From: Candidatus Omnitrophota bacterium
GTDB lineage: Bacteria; Omnitrophota; Gorgyraeia; S143-82
Direction: 5' to 3'
DNA length: 64,000 bases
NCBI GenBank assembly: GCA_015494585.1
Contig: WGAY01000064.1
Coordinates: 16,976 to 80,975 of the forward strand
Positions within the stretch are counted from its first letter, which is position 1. The number at the start of each line of letters is the position of its first letter. Made by a program: the position numbers and the translations under genes. Below are positions 1 through 8,722 of the stretch, piece by piece. The notes below the pieces were generated by a model. That model made no database searches. It was not told the origin of the DNA and saw only the letters and a list, made by a program, of their open reading frames with translations.

Positions 1-1
1 A

Positions 2-313
2 GATAAATATTTTGTCAAAGACGGGGAGAATTTTCGTATTAAAGATGAGATAAAGAAAATGGTACGCTTTTATCATCTAAATCTTACCAATGATACTTTA
101 ATGAGAAGGATAACAAAAAAGGATGTCATCTTCTGCCGTAATGTTATGATTTATTTTGATACACCTGTCAAGAAAAAGGTAGTTAATTACTTCTATGATA
201 TGCTTAGACCAAATGGTTATTTGGTAATAGGCCACTCTGAGTCTCTGCATGATATAACAAGGGCTTTTAAGATAGTGCATTTTCCTGGGGCATTGGCATA
301 CAAAAAAGAGTAA
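2..313 (+). CDS. cheR: Chemotaxis methyltransferase CheR, C-terminal part (5' end outside window)
   Basis: Frame open from position 2 (DKYFVKDGENFRIKDEIKKMVRF...). Carries the CheR motifs DVIFCRNVMIYFD and LRPNGYLVIGHSESL. Confidence 0.93.
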   Translation, partial: DKYFVKDGENFRIKDEIKKMVRFYHLNLTNDTLMRRITKKDVIFCRNVMIYFDTPVKKKVVNYFYDMLRPNGYLVIGHSESLHDITRAFKIVHFPGALAYKKE

Positions 314-325
314 AGGAGGACTGTT

Positions 326-700
326 ATGCCAAGGATATTGGTTGTAGACGATTCATCTACTGTTAGAAAGCTAATAATAAATATTCTCAAAAAAGAAGAT
401 TATGAAACAGTTGAGGCAGTGGACGGGGTAGATGCTTTGGAAAAACTTGCCCAGAACGATATAGACCTAATTATTGCAGATTTGAATATGCCGAGGATGA
501 ATGGCTTAGAGCTCATTCGAACTATTCGTCAGGATCCACTATATACAGATATACCTATAGTTATGCTTACTACAGAAGGTAGTGACGAAGATAAGAAGAG
601 AGGGTTTGAAGCGGGAGCAAATGTCTATTTGGTAAAGCCTGCACCTCCTTCCTTGATCCTTTATAAGATAGGGAGTTTACTAGGGGCTAAAGATCAGTAA
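326..700 (+). CDS. cheY: CheY-like single-domain response regulator
   Basis: ILVVDDS, DLNMPRMNG phosphoacceptor region, MLTTE, YLVKP. RBS AGGAGG upstream; sits just before cheA. Confidence 0.88.
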   Translation: MPRILVVDDSSTVRKLIINILKKEDYETVEAVDGVDALEKLAQNDIDLIIADLNMPRMNGLELIRTIRQDPLYTDIPIVMLTTEGSDEDKKRGFEAGANVYLVKPAPPSLILYKIGSLLGAKDQ

Positions 701-712
701 GGGGGATAAACT

Positions 713-2623
713 ATGGATGAGATAATCCAGGAGTTTTTGGTAGAGTCGGCGGAGCTTTTAGAACAGTTGGATTCTGACTTGGTTACCCTTGAAGAACGGC
801 CGGATGATTTAGACCTTTTGAACCGTATATTTCGAGCAGCACACACGATAAAGGGTAGTTCTGGCTTCCTTGGATTTACTCAGATTTCTCAACTTACCCA
901 CCATATGGAGGATGTGCTCAACAAACTCCGTAAGGGAGAGATGGTGGTCAACCCTACCATAATGGACGTTATTCTTGAGTCGGTCGATAAATTGAAACTC
1001 CTTTTAGACGAGGTTAAGGAGGGTGGTTCAGGATCAGTAAACACCTCAGAGACCGAGGCTAAGTTGAAAGCAATATTATCAGGGGAAGAGGCCGTTGAAT
1101 CTGATGCGGGTAAGGCAGAAGAAAAGAAAGAAGAGCCAGTAACAGCGGAAATTGATAAGATTAAGGAGGAAGAATCCTCGACATCAGAGGCCCATAAGAC
1201 ATCTCCAGAGGAAGATAAGACAGAAAATAAAGAGGGAAAAGTCGATATTTCCGGTGATGAAAAAAAGGTTGATGAGGGCCTTTCTGCAAAAAGAGAAGCA
1301 GACACGGAAAAATCTGAGGACAAAGCACAGGGAGAAAAGGAACAAAAGAAAGAACAACCACCTGCTGCTAAGCCACAGCCTAAAAAGCCTGTGGCCACCC
1401 ACTCTATTGAGGAGACTATCAGAGTAGATGTCAAAAGACTAGATGCCTTGATGAATCTGGTCGGAGAGCTTGTATTGGTGAGGAATAGACTAGGCCAGCT
1501 AGCAGAGAAAATAGATGCACAGGTTTCTGATACAGCCTTAATAGATACATTTAATAACGCCTTAGTTCAGTTAGGGTTTGTTACTACTGAGATGCAGCTA
1601 TCGGTTATGAAGACTAGGATGCTGCCCGTCCAGAGGGTATTCAATAAGTTTCCAAGGATGGTTCGGGACTTGTGTAGAGAGATGAAGAAAGAAGTAGATT
1701 TGATAATCCATGGAGAAGAGACGGAGCTGGATAAATCTGTTATCGAACATATAGGGGATCCTCTGATACATATATTGAGGAATGCAGTAGATCATGGAAT
1801 AGAGGCTCCGGAGGAAAGGGAAAAGAAGGGAAAGCCTCGCCGCGGAACGATAATTCTATCTGCATATCAGGAAGGGGACCATATTGTTATAGAGGTTGCA
1901 GATGATGGAAAGGGGATAGATATAGAAAAGATAGCGGCTAAGGCGATAGAAAAGGGTATAATAAAGGAATCTGACCTCCAACATATGGGTGAACGGGATA
2001 TTTTGAATTTGATATTTGCACCTGGATTTTCAACTGCAGAGAAAATAACTGATATATCCGGCCGTGGCGTTGGGATGGATGTAGTCAAGACTAATATAGA
2101 GAAATTAAATGGTATCATAGAGATGGATACAGAAGTTGGAAAAGGAACTACCTTGCGTATAAAACTCCCTCTAACGTTGGCGATAATACAGGCCTTGATG
2201 GTGATTTCTAATAAAGACATTTATGCTATCCCACTAGCCTCTGTTCAGGAAATAGTCCATCTAGAAGAAGGTCACATATATACAATAGATCAACAGGCGG
2301 TTGTGCGTATAAGAGATATGGTTATACCGTTGTTGTGTTTGGAAGAGGTTTTTGGGGAGCCAGAAAAAATAGAGGATGCATCCAGGAGGTATGTTGTTAT
2401 AATAGGATTGGTCGAACAAAGGATTGGGTTACTTGTTTCAGATCTATTAGGTCAGCAGGAGGTGGTTATTAAATCATTGGGTGGTTACTTAACGAATGTT
2501 CCGGGTATAGCCGGTGCAACGATTATGGGTGATGGGCGGGTATGTTTGATCCTAGATGTGGCAGGGATCATGCAATTGTCAGCACATAGTGTCAGGAAGG
2601 TGGCAACAGCCTATGGAGGGTGA
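713..2623 (+). CDS. cheA: Chemotaxis histidine kinase CheA (HPt, long charged linker, dimerisation, HATPase, CheW domains)
   Basis: IFRAAHTIKG HPt motif, TIRVDVKRLDALMNLVGELV, RNAVDHGIE, ISGRGVGMDVV, C-terminal CheW domain. Confidence 0.96.
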   Translation: MDEIIQEFLVESAELLEQLDSDLVTLEERPDDLDLLNRIFRAAHTIKGSSGFLGFTQISQLTHHMEDVLNKLRKGEMVVNPTIMDVILESVDKLKLLLDEVKEGGSGSVNTSETEAKLKAILSGEEAVESDAGKAEEKKEEPVTAEIDKIKEEESSTSEAHKTSPEEDKTENKEGKVDISGDEKKVDEGLSAKREADTEKSEDKAQGEKEQKKEQPPAAKPQPKKPVATHSIEETIRVDVKRLDALMNLVGELVLVRNRLGQLAEKIDAQVSDTALIDTFNNALVQLGFVTTEMQLSVMKTRMLPVQRVFNKFPRMVRDLCREMKKEVDLIIHGEETELDKSVIEHIGDPLIHILRNAVDHGIEAPEEREKKGKPRRGTIILSAYQEGDHIVIEVADDGKGIDIEKIAAKAIEKGIIKESDLQHMGERDILNLIFAPGFSTAEKITDISGRGVGMDVVKTNIEKLNGIIEMDTEVGKGTTLRIKLPLTLAIIQALMVISNKDIYAIPLASVQEIVHLEEGHIYTIDQQAVVRIRDMVIPLLCLEEVFGEPEKIEDASRRYVVIIGLVEQRIGLLVSDLLGQQEVVIKSLGGYLTNVPGIAGATIMGDGRVCLILDVAGIMQLSAHSVRKVATAYGG

Positions 2624-3012
2624 TTGTGTCTATATCGGCCCAGGAGCGACGGAAGTATAGTAGGGTAACATCAAGGTTGAAGTTGAGGTATTTAGTACTT
2701 CAAATTCCCATGAAAGGAGGGATGAAGGAAGGTAGGATTATAGATATAAGCGGTGGAGGGGTTGCATTTGTAGCAGATACTCCAGTGGATAAAGATGATG
2801 TGTTGAAAATAGAGATAAATATCCCAGATTACCATAAGGCCTTCCCCATAAGAAGGATTTTTGGCCCTGTTACTTCTTTGGCAAAGGTTGTTAGACAATG
2901 GCAGAATACCAATGGTGAGCATTGCATAGCTGTGAAATTTGTAGATATATATAGTAAACATCAGGAAGATATACTAGAATACGTCTTGAGAAAATTGAAG
3001 AGGAAGAAATAA
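2620..3012 (+). CDS. Single-domain PilZ protein (putative c-di-GMP receptor)
   Basis: QERRKYSR (RxxxR) and DISGGG (DxSxxG) motifs both intact. Confidence 0.85.
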   Translation: MIVSISAQERRKYSRVTSRLKLRYLVLQIPMKGGMKEGRIIDISGGGVAFVADTPVDKDDVLKIEINIPDYHKAFPIRRIFGPVTSLAKVVRQWQNTNGEHCIAVKFVDIYSKHQEDILEYVLRKLKRKK

Positions 3013-3887
3013 TGCCTAAGGTATCTCCGGAACACCTGGATGCCGTCTGCGAGATGGATAATATTACTCTCGGTGCAGCGGCCGTGAATCTTGAAAAACT
3101 AACTGGTATCCAGGTAAAAATGATAAAGCCAAAGGCCATTGAAACAGACTTTAAATCTGCCTTGGATTCTATTTCTGCTCAGGATAAAGTCTTCCTTTTA
3201 TTCAAGTATGATGAAGGTTATGGTCAAAGTTTTGCTCTGGTATTTTCTGAATCCGATGTATCAGTGCTAATTGAGAAACTTTCTCAATCTCTTGGCGAAA
3301 GTCTTGATCTGGAACAGGGTCTTATGAAAGTGGGAGAACAGGTGGCCCAGGCAATAGGGGATAGTCTTGCAATGCTTATTATGAATAAAAAGATAACATG
3401 TTCTCCTTATGCAGTTTCAAAAGAGGCGCCTAGCGAATTAGGGGATGAGATTGTGTTAGTTGAGATGCAGTTTAGGTTAAATGATGGACAAGTAAATTCT
3501 CTTTTTTGGCACATGCTTTCTGTTGATTTGGCTAATGGCCTTGCTGCAGATATGCTCGGGGAGATAGATGCTCAGCTTCAGGAATTTGAGCAAAAGGCAA
3601 GGCAGGACTCGAAAGAGGAGAAGAAAAAGACTGAGGATCTGATCAGTGTACCTGATATAATGGCAGAGATAAGGGTAAGGTTGGCTCAGAAGAAGATGCT
3701 TTTTTCTGAGTTGTGGGAATTAGGACCGGGAGCGGTTATTGAGTTCCCTCAATATATCTCTCAGCCAGTGGATGTTACTATGAAGGATAAGGTTATTGCT
3801 AAGGCACAGGTGGTTACGGTAGGTGAAAATTTTGGAGTAAGGATAACGGAGGTTAGGGATTATGCCAAAGATATTAGTAGTAGATGA
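3012..3887 (+). CDS. FliY-like protein: CheC-like N-terminal domain plus SpoA/FliN C-terminal domain
   Basis: N-terminal LDAVCEMDNITLGAAAVNLEKL resembles the CheC/FliY helix with ExxN. C-terminal LGPGAVIEF...IAKAQVVTVGENFGVRITEV is a FliN/SpoA signature. Confidence 0.75.
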   Translation: MPKVSPEHLDAVCEMDNITLGAAAVNLEKLTGIQVKMIKPKAIETDFKSALDSISAQDKVFLLFKYDEGYGQSFALVFSESDVSVLIEKLSQSLGESLDLEQGLMKVGEQVAQAIGDSLAMLIMNKKITCSPYAVSKEAPSELGDEIVLVEMQFRLNDGQVNSLFWHMLSVDLANGLAADMLGEIDAQLQEFEQKARQDSKEEKKKTEDLISVPDIMAEIRVRLAQKKMLFSELWELGPGAVIEFPQYISQPVDVTMKDKVIAKAQVVTVGENFGVRITEVRDYAKDISSR

Positions 3888-4230
3888 TTCTGCAACAATT
3901 AGAAGAATTATAAAGAATACCCTAGAAAAGATAGGGTATTCGGAGGTAGTTGAGGCTGAAAATGGTATAGATGCCCTTACGAAACTAAAGGAAGGCGATA
4001 TTATCTTGGTCCTTACTGATTGGAATATGCCAGAGATGGATGGAATCACATTAGTGAAATCGATTCGTGCCTCTGATAAGTTTGGTACAGTCCCTATTAT
4101 CATGGTAACTACAGAGGCAGAAAAAAACGAAGTTATGGAGGCATTACAGTTGGGGGTTAATGACTATATTGTCAAACCTTTTACTCCGGATATTTTGAAA
4201 GAAAAAATAGAAAAGGTATTAAATGGTTAG
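3862..4230 (+). CDS. cheY: Chemotaxis response regulator CheY
   Basis: KILVVDDSATIRRII, TDWNMPEMDG, MVTTEAEK, YIVKPFT. Confidence 0.92.
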   Translation: MPKILVVDDSATIRRIIKNTLEKIGYSEVVEAENGIDALTKLKEGDIILVLTDWNMPEMDGITLVKSIRASDKFGTVPIIMVTTEAEKNEVMEALQLGVNDYIVKPFTPDILKEKIEKVLNG

Positions 4231-4831
4231 GCGCCTGACAGTCCTTGTTATCTGCATATTGGGTCTCGGTATTGTAGGGGGCTGTGTTCGTGAGAAGATG
4301 GATCAATCCTTGCCTCTTCCAACGGCGCCAGATGTGAACTATGAGATTACTCATATTGCTGTACTTCCATTTGGCTCAGATAGTTCAGTTCCAGATGATG
4401 TTAGGGATAAGATCTATAGGGCATTTATAGATTACCTTATACCCCATAGGGGTGTATTCGTTGTCCATCCAGAGATAATATACCGCTTTGTCGATAAAGA
4501 TGCCCCTATCCTCGATGTAGAAAAGGCCGCAATGGTTGGAGATAAATTAGGAGTCAATGGTATAGTTATAGGTTACCTGTCAGATTATTCGGAAAATCCA
4601 TTTCGGATAACCATAGATGCAACTCTTTATCCTATGGTTAATGTCAATAACTATATTTGTACTGGGCACAAATCTTATGATCCGGAAGATATTTATGTCA
4701 TTGCTTCTATGAAGCAATATGCCTCTCGTTTTGAATGGAGTAAACTACCTCTGGGTTGGGAACGGATCAAACTGAATATAGATATTTTTTGTGACTTTGT
4801 GGCCTGGGATATGGTAAAATCTTTCTTTTAG
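4223..4831 (+). CDS. Putative lipoprotein, possibly PelC/CsgG-like fold
   Basis: Signal peptide ending IVGG-C (lipobox-like), then IAVLPF and LGVNGIVIGYLSDY segments. Overlaps the cheY stop. Confidence 0.6.
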   Translation: MVRRLTVLVICILGLGIVGGCVREKMDQSLPLPTAPDVNYEITHIAVLPFGSDSSVPDDVRDKIYRAFIDYLIPHRGVFVVHPEIIYRFVDKDAPILDVEKAAMVGDKLGVNGIVIGYLSDYSENPFRITIDATLYPMVNVNNYICTGHKSYDPEDIYVIASMKQYASRFEWSKLPLGWERIKLNIDIFCDFVAWDMVKSFF

Positions 4832-4876
4832 AGGCTATTACAATTCCTTTAATTCAAAAATAAGCGAAGGGTTACG

Positions 4877-6079
4877 ATGAAGAAGCGGGATGTTTTTGAT
4901 TTTTATGGTCATTATATAATGAACACCTACACACGTAGTCCGGTTATCTTTGTGAAAGGCAAGGGATCGCGTTTATGGGATATAGACAATAAGGAATATA
5001 TAGATTTATTTCCGGGATGGGGGGTTTCTGTTTTGGGACATTGTCCGCCGGCGGTGGTAAATGCTATCAGATATCAAGCCAGCCGCCTTATCCACCTTCC
5101 TAATAATTTCCATCATATTTCACAGGCAAAATTGGCAAAGGAAATAGTAATGAGATTGGGTTTTCCTGCAAAGGTATTCTTTTGTAATTCAGGTGCAGAG
5201 GCAGTGGAGGCTGCCTTGAAGCTGGCCAAGGCATGGGGCCAGAGGAAGGGGAAGACTGAGATAATAACCACGGAAAACTCATTCCATGGCCGTACAACTG
5301 GAGCCCTTTCTCTTACAGGCCAGGATATTTATCAGCGGGGGTTTCACCCTCTACTTCCCAATGTGAAACGGGTAAAATTCAATGATATTTCGGCGATTAA
5401 GGAGGCTATTAGTCCTGAGACTGCAGCGATTATTCTTGAACTCATCCAGGGTGAGGGTGGAGTCAACGTGGCTGAAAAAAAATATGTAGAGGCATTGCGC
5501 AAGCTGTGTGATGAGAATGAAATATTGCTGATATTTGATGAGGTACAGACTGGTATAGGTCGTACTGGAAGGTGGTATTGTTTCCAGCATTACGGCGTGG
5601 AACCCGACATAATGACACTGGCAAAGGGCCTCGGCGGTGGTGTACCAATAGGTGCTATGGTGGCTAAGGATGAGATTGCTAAGGCCTTTAAACCAGGTAT
5701 GCATGCGTCTACCTTCGGAGGAGGTCCACTCGTTTGCAAGGCAGGGATTGCTGTATTTAGGACCATTCAGCGTCAACACCTACTGTCAAAGGTTCAGAAG
5801 ACTTCAGAAGAACTGAGGAATCGTTTCTTGGGATGGAAAAAAAGGTGGCCTGAGAAGGTACGAGATGTACGGGGTAAGGGTTATATGTTTGGTATAGAGC
5901 TTAGTTGCCCATGCCGCAAGATAGTGGAGACTGCTTTATCAAGGGGAATATTGGTGAACTGTACGCACAGCAATGTCCTCAGAATAATGCCAGCGCTTAA
6001 TATTAAGCCTAAATATTTGAATAAAGGATTATCTATACTAGAGGAGATATTAGAGGATGAATTTTCTAACCCTAAGTGA
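4877..6079 (+). CDS. argD: Acetylornithine aminotransferase
   Basis: FFCNSGAEA, SFHGRT, DEVQTGIGRTG and TLAKGLGGG (PLP lysine). Directly upstream of argF. Confidence 0.93.
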   Translation: MKKRDVFDFYGHYIMNTYTRSPVIFVKGKGSRLWDIDNKEYIDLFPGWGVSVLGHCPPAVVNAIRYQASRLIHLPNNFHHISQAKLAKEIVMRLGFPAKVFFCNSGAEAVEAALKLAKAWGQRKGKTEIITTENSFHGRTTGALSLTGQDIYQRGFHPLLPNVKRVKFNDISAIKEAISPETAAIILELIQGEGGVNVAEKKYVEALRKLCDENEILLIFDEVQTGIGRTGRWYCFQHYGVEPDIMTLAKGLGGGVPIGAMVAKDEIAKAFKPGMHASTFGGGPLVCKAGIAVFRTIQRQHLLSKVQKTSEELRNRFLGWKKRWPEKVRDVRGKGYMFGIELSCPCRKIVETALSRGILVNCTHSNVLRIMPALNIKPKYLNKGLSILEEILEDEFSNPK

Positions 6080-6977
6080 TATAGATAAAGATATCTTGTG
6101 GGAGATATTGAAGAGAGCAAGAGTATTAAAGGAACTTCGGGAGCAGGGAATAAGCAGGCTTGATGTACTTTCTGGCAAGATCCTTGCCCTTATATTTGAG
6201 AAACCCTCTACCAGGACAAGACTTTCTTTTGAGACGGCAATATTGGAATTAAATGGAAGTGCAATCTTTATGGGGCCAAATGAAGTAGGACTGGGAAAGA
6301 GAGAGGCTATCTGTGATGTAGCAAGGACAGTAAGTCGTTATGTCCATGGGGTTGTACTGCGAACCTTTGCTCACAAGAACCTGTTGGAATTTGCAGATAA
6401 TGCAACCATTCCTGTAATAAATGCACTTACGGATAGTTTTCACCCATGTCAGGCCCTGGCGGATGTATTTACCATTTGGGAGAGATTTGAATCTTTGGAT
6501 AGAGTTAGGACCTGTTTTATTGGAGATGGCAATAATGTATTGAATTCGTTGTTATTGGCCTCTTCTATCTTTGGATTTCAGCTGGATTTCATTACTCCAA
6601 GCACACAAAGGCCAGCTAAAGATGTTTTGGATAGGGCCTCTGATTTGTCTATTAAGTATAATGGTCGGGTTGTCTTTAAGGAGTTGGATAATTTCAAAGC
6701 ACTTGGTAACTATGATGTGGTCTATACAGATGTGTGGGTAAGTATGGGACAGGAGGCAGAGGCCGAGATTAAGTTAAAGGATTTTATGGGATTTCAGGTA
6801 AATCAAGATTTATTGAGCAAATTAGGGCATCCTCTGGTTATGCATTGTTTACCTGCTCACAGGGGACAAGAGATTACAGATGAGGTTATAGATGGGCCGT
6901 ATTCGGTGGTATTCGATCAGGCAGAAAACAGGATGCATGTTCAAAAAGCGTTGTTGGAGTATATATGGAGAAGCTAG
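6057..6977 (+). CDS. argF: Ornithine carbamoyltransferase
   Basis: FEKPSTRTR, HPCQALAD, DVWVSMG, HCLPAHRG motifs. Confidence 0.96.
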   Translation: MNFLTLSDIDKDILWEILKRARVLKELREQGISRLDVLSGKILALIFEKPSTRTRLSFETAILELNGSAIFMGPNEVGLGKREAICDVARTVSRYVHGVVLRTFAHKNLLEFADNATIPVINALTDSFHPCQALADVFTIWERFESLDRVRTCFIGDGNNVLNSLLLASSIFGFQLDFITPSTQRPAKDVLDRASDLSIKYNGRVVFKELDNFKALGNYDVVYTDVWVSMGQEAEAEIKLKDFMGFQVNQDLLSKLGHPLVMHCLPAHRGQEITDEVIDGPYSVVFDQAENRMHVQKALLEYIWRS

Positions 6978-7783
6978 CGATAGTACGTGCTATTGTTGAG
7001 ATAGGGATTCTTTGGTATCTCTTCTATAGAATAATGCAGTTTCTCGAAGGGACGCGTGCCTTTTATGTTATTCGCGGGATCGTTATCCTGGCGGTATTTT
7101 TTATATTGTCTAATTGGCTTGGTCTTTATACGTTGAATTGGTTATTGAGCAAAGTCTTTGGTATTTCTATTCTCGTCTTTGTTATTTTATTTCAACCAGA
7201 ACTTCGTCAAGGCTTGGCCCGTCTTGGTCAGAGTCCTTTTTGGGGAAGGTTTGCCCTTGATAGAAAAGAGATAGAACGAGTAGCAAGAGACATTACTATA
7301 GCAGTTACTCGTTTAGCAGAAAAGAAAATAGGTGCACTAATAGCTATACAGAAGAGCATAGGATTGAAGGGATATAGCGATAGCGGAATAAAATTGGATG
7401 CGATTGTTTCTCCAGAACTGCTTGAAACGATATTCTATCCTGGAAGTCCTCTCCATGATGGTGGGGTTATTATCAAAGAAGATAGAATAGTGGCATCTGC
7501 CTGTCTTTTTCCACTTACAGACAGTGAAAGGCATCCGGATATAAGGGGGACAAGGCATAGGGCGGGAATAGGTATTTCCGAAGAAACCGATGCCCTTTGC
7601 ATTATTGTATCAGAAGAGATGGGTACGATATCTTGGGCTATAAACGGCCATTTAAAGATGGCAGTTACACCTGAGGAGTTATATCGATTTCTAATAAAAA
7701 ATATGGCATCCGATTCCTTTTCGTGGACAGACATGTTTAAGTTTTTTTTCAGGTTTAAGGGTAGGAGAAATGAGGCAAAATAG
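6965..7783 (+). CDS. cdaA: Membrane diadenylate cyclase CdaA/DacA
   Basis: N-terminal hydrophobic helices, FQPELR, PLHDGG (DGA-like motif) and GTRHRA. Confidence 0.92.
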   Translation: MEKLAIVRAIVEIGILWYLFYRIMQFLEGTRAFYVIRGIVILAVFFILSNWLGLYTLNWLLSKVFGISILVFVILFQPELRQGLARLGQSPFWGRFALDRKEIERVARDITIAVTRLAEKKIGALIAIQKSIGLKGYSDSGIKLDAIVSPELLETIFYPGSPLHDGGVIIKEDRIVASACLFPLTDSERHPDIRGTRHRAGIGISEETDALCIIVSEEMGTISWAINGHLKMAVTPEELYRFLIKNMASDSFSWTDMFKFFFRFKGRRNEAK

Positions 7784-7871
7784 GTGGAGCAATATAGGTC
7801 TGCTGGTAATCTCATTCTTAATGGCATTGTTGGTATGGTATTATGTAAATTTCAGGGTTATGAATCTGTGA
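7770..7871 (+). CDS. 33-aa single-helix membrane peptide resembling the N-terminal anchor of CdaR/YbbR (below the ORF-track cut-off)
   Basis: Translated by hand: MRQNRWSNIGLLVISFLMALLVWYYVNFRVMNL*. Overlaps the cdaA end by 14 nt, occupies the cdaR position and fills the cdaA-lipA gap. Confidence 0.7.
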   Translation: MRQNRWSNIGLLVISFLMALLVWYYVNFRVMNL

Positions 7872-7879
7872 GTTAAATT

Positions 7880-8722
7880 GTGATTTTATCCACTATGAAG
7901 ATCCGTCTGGTAGATTCTGAAAATGTCAAATCAATGATCCATAGCCTTTCCCAGCTTTCTATTTCTACTATATGCATTTCGGGTTCCTGTCCGAATAGAC
8001 CCTTGTGTTTTTCCTCTAAGAGGGTATCTGTGCTTATTCTTGGGCAGACCTGTACCAGGACCTGTAGGTTCTGTGGTGTTAGAAAGGCTGTAGAAGGGGA
8101 TAAAGATTTTTCCTATGAGATAGAAGCTATCTCTAATCTGGTGGAAAGGTTGGGCCTTGAGTTTTTAGTTATTACATCTGTAACTCGAGATGACCTGCCT
8201 GATTATGGAGCCGGGCACTTCATTGAGATAGTCAATATTTTAAAGCAAAGATATCCCTATTTAAAAATAGAGCTCTTGATTCCAGATTTTCTAAGCGATG
8301 AGAAGATTCTTCATAATATAGCATCCCTGAAGGTAGAAATTATAGGCCATAATATGGAGACAATTGAGAGACTCTATCCTATTATTCGCCCGTTATCGGA
8401 TTATAAGAGGTCTCTAAATGTTATAAGATTTCTTGCAGAACATTCTAGCGCTATGGTGAAGTCTTCTATAATGCTGGGGTTGGGTGAAGAGTTTTCAGAA
8501 ATAATGGGTGTATTAAGAGACATATACAATACTGGATGCCGAGCAATTTGTGTGGGGCAATATCTGCCGCCGAAAAATGGGCTTAATTATCCGGTATTAA
8601 AGTATTATAATGAAAAAGAGTTTTTGTATATCAGGGAAAGGGCATTAGAGATGGGTTTTACTTTTGTATGGTCAGGGCCATTTGTTAGAAGTAGTTTTGT
8701 AGGGGGGGATAGTGGCGACTAA
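7880..8722 (+). CDS. lipA: Lipoyl synthase (radical SAM), short and divergent
   Basis: CX4CX5C (CISGSCPNRPLC), CX3CX2C (CTRTCRFC), ITSVTRDDLPDYGA, GQYL, and C-terminal PFVRSSF. The start may be ATG 7895. Confidence 0.85.
   Translation: MILSTMKIRLVDSENVKSMIHSLSQLSISTICISGSCPNRPLCFSSKRVSVLILGQTCTRTCRFCGVRKAVEGDKDFSYEIEAISNLVERLGLEFLVITSVTRDDLPDYGAGHFIEIVNILKQRYPYLKIELLIPDFLSDEKILHNIASLKVEIIGHNMETIERLYPIIRPLSDYKRSLNVIRFLAEHSSAMVKSSIMLGLGEEFSEIMGVLRDIYNTGCRAICVGQYLPPKNGLNYPVLKYYNEKEFLYIRERALEMGFTFVWSGPFVRSSFVGGDSGD

Noticed and set aside
889-1434. 181-aa Ser/Phe-rich minus-strand ORF and nested short ORFs
   Set aside because: Mirror of the Glu/Lys-rich CheA linker.
7450-7470. CdaA DGG instead of DGA as an inactivating change
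   Set aside because: The catalytic Asp and the RHR motif are intact, and Ala-to-Gly is a conservative change.
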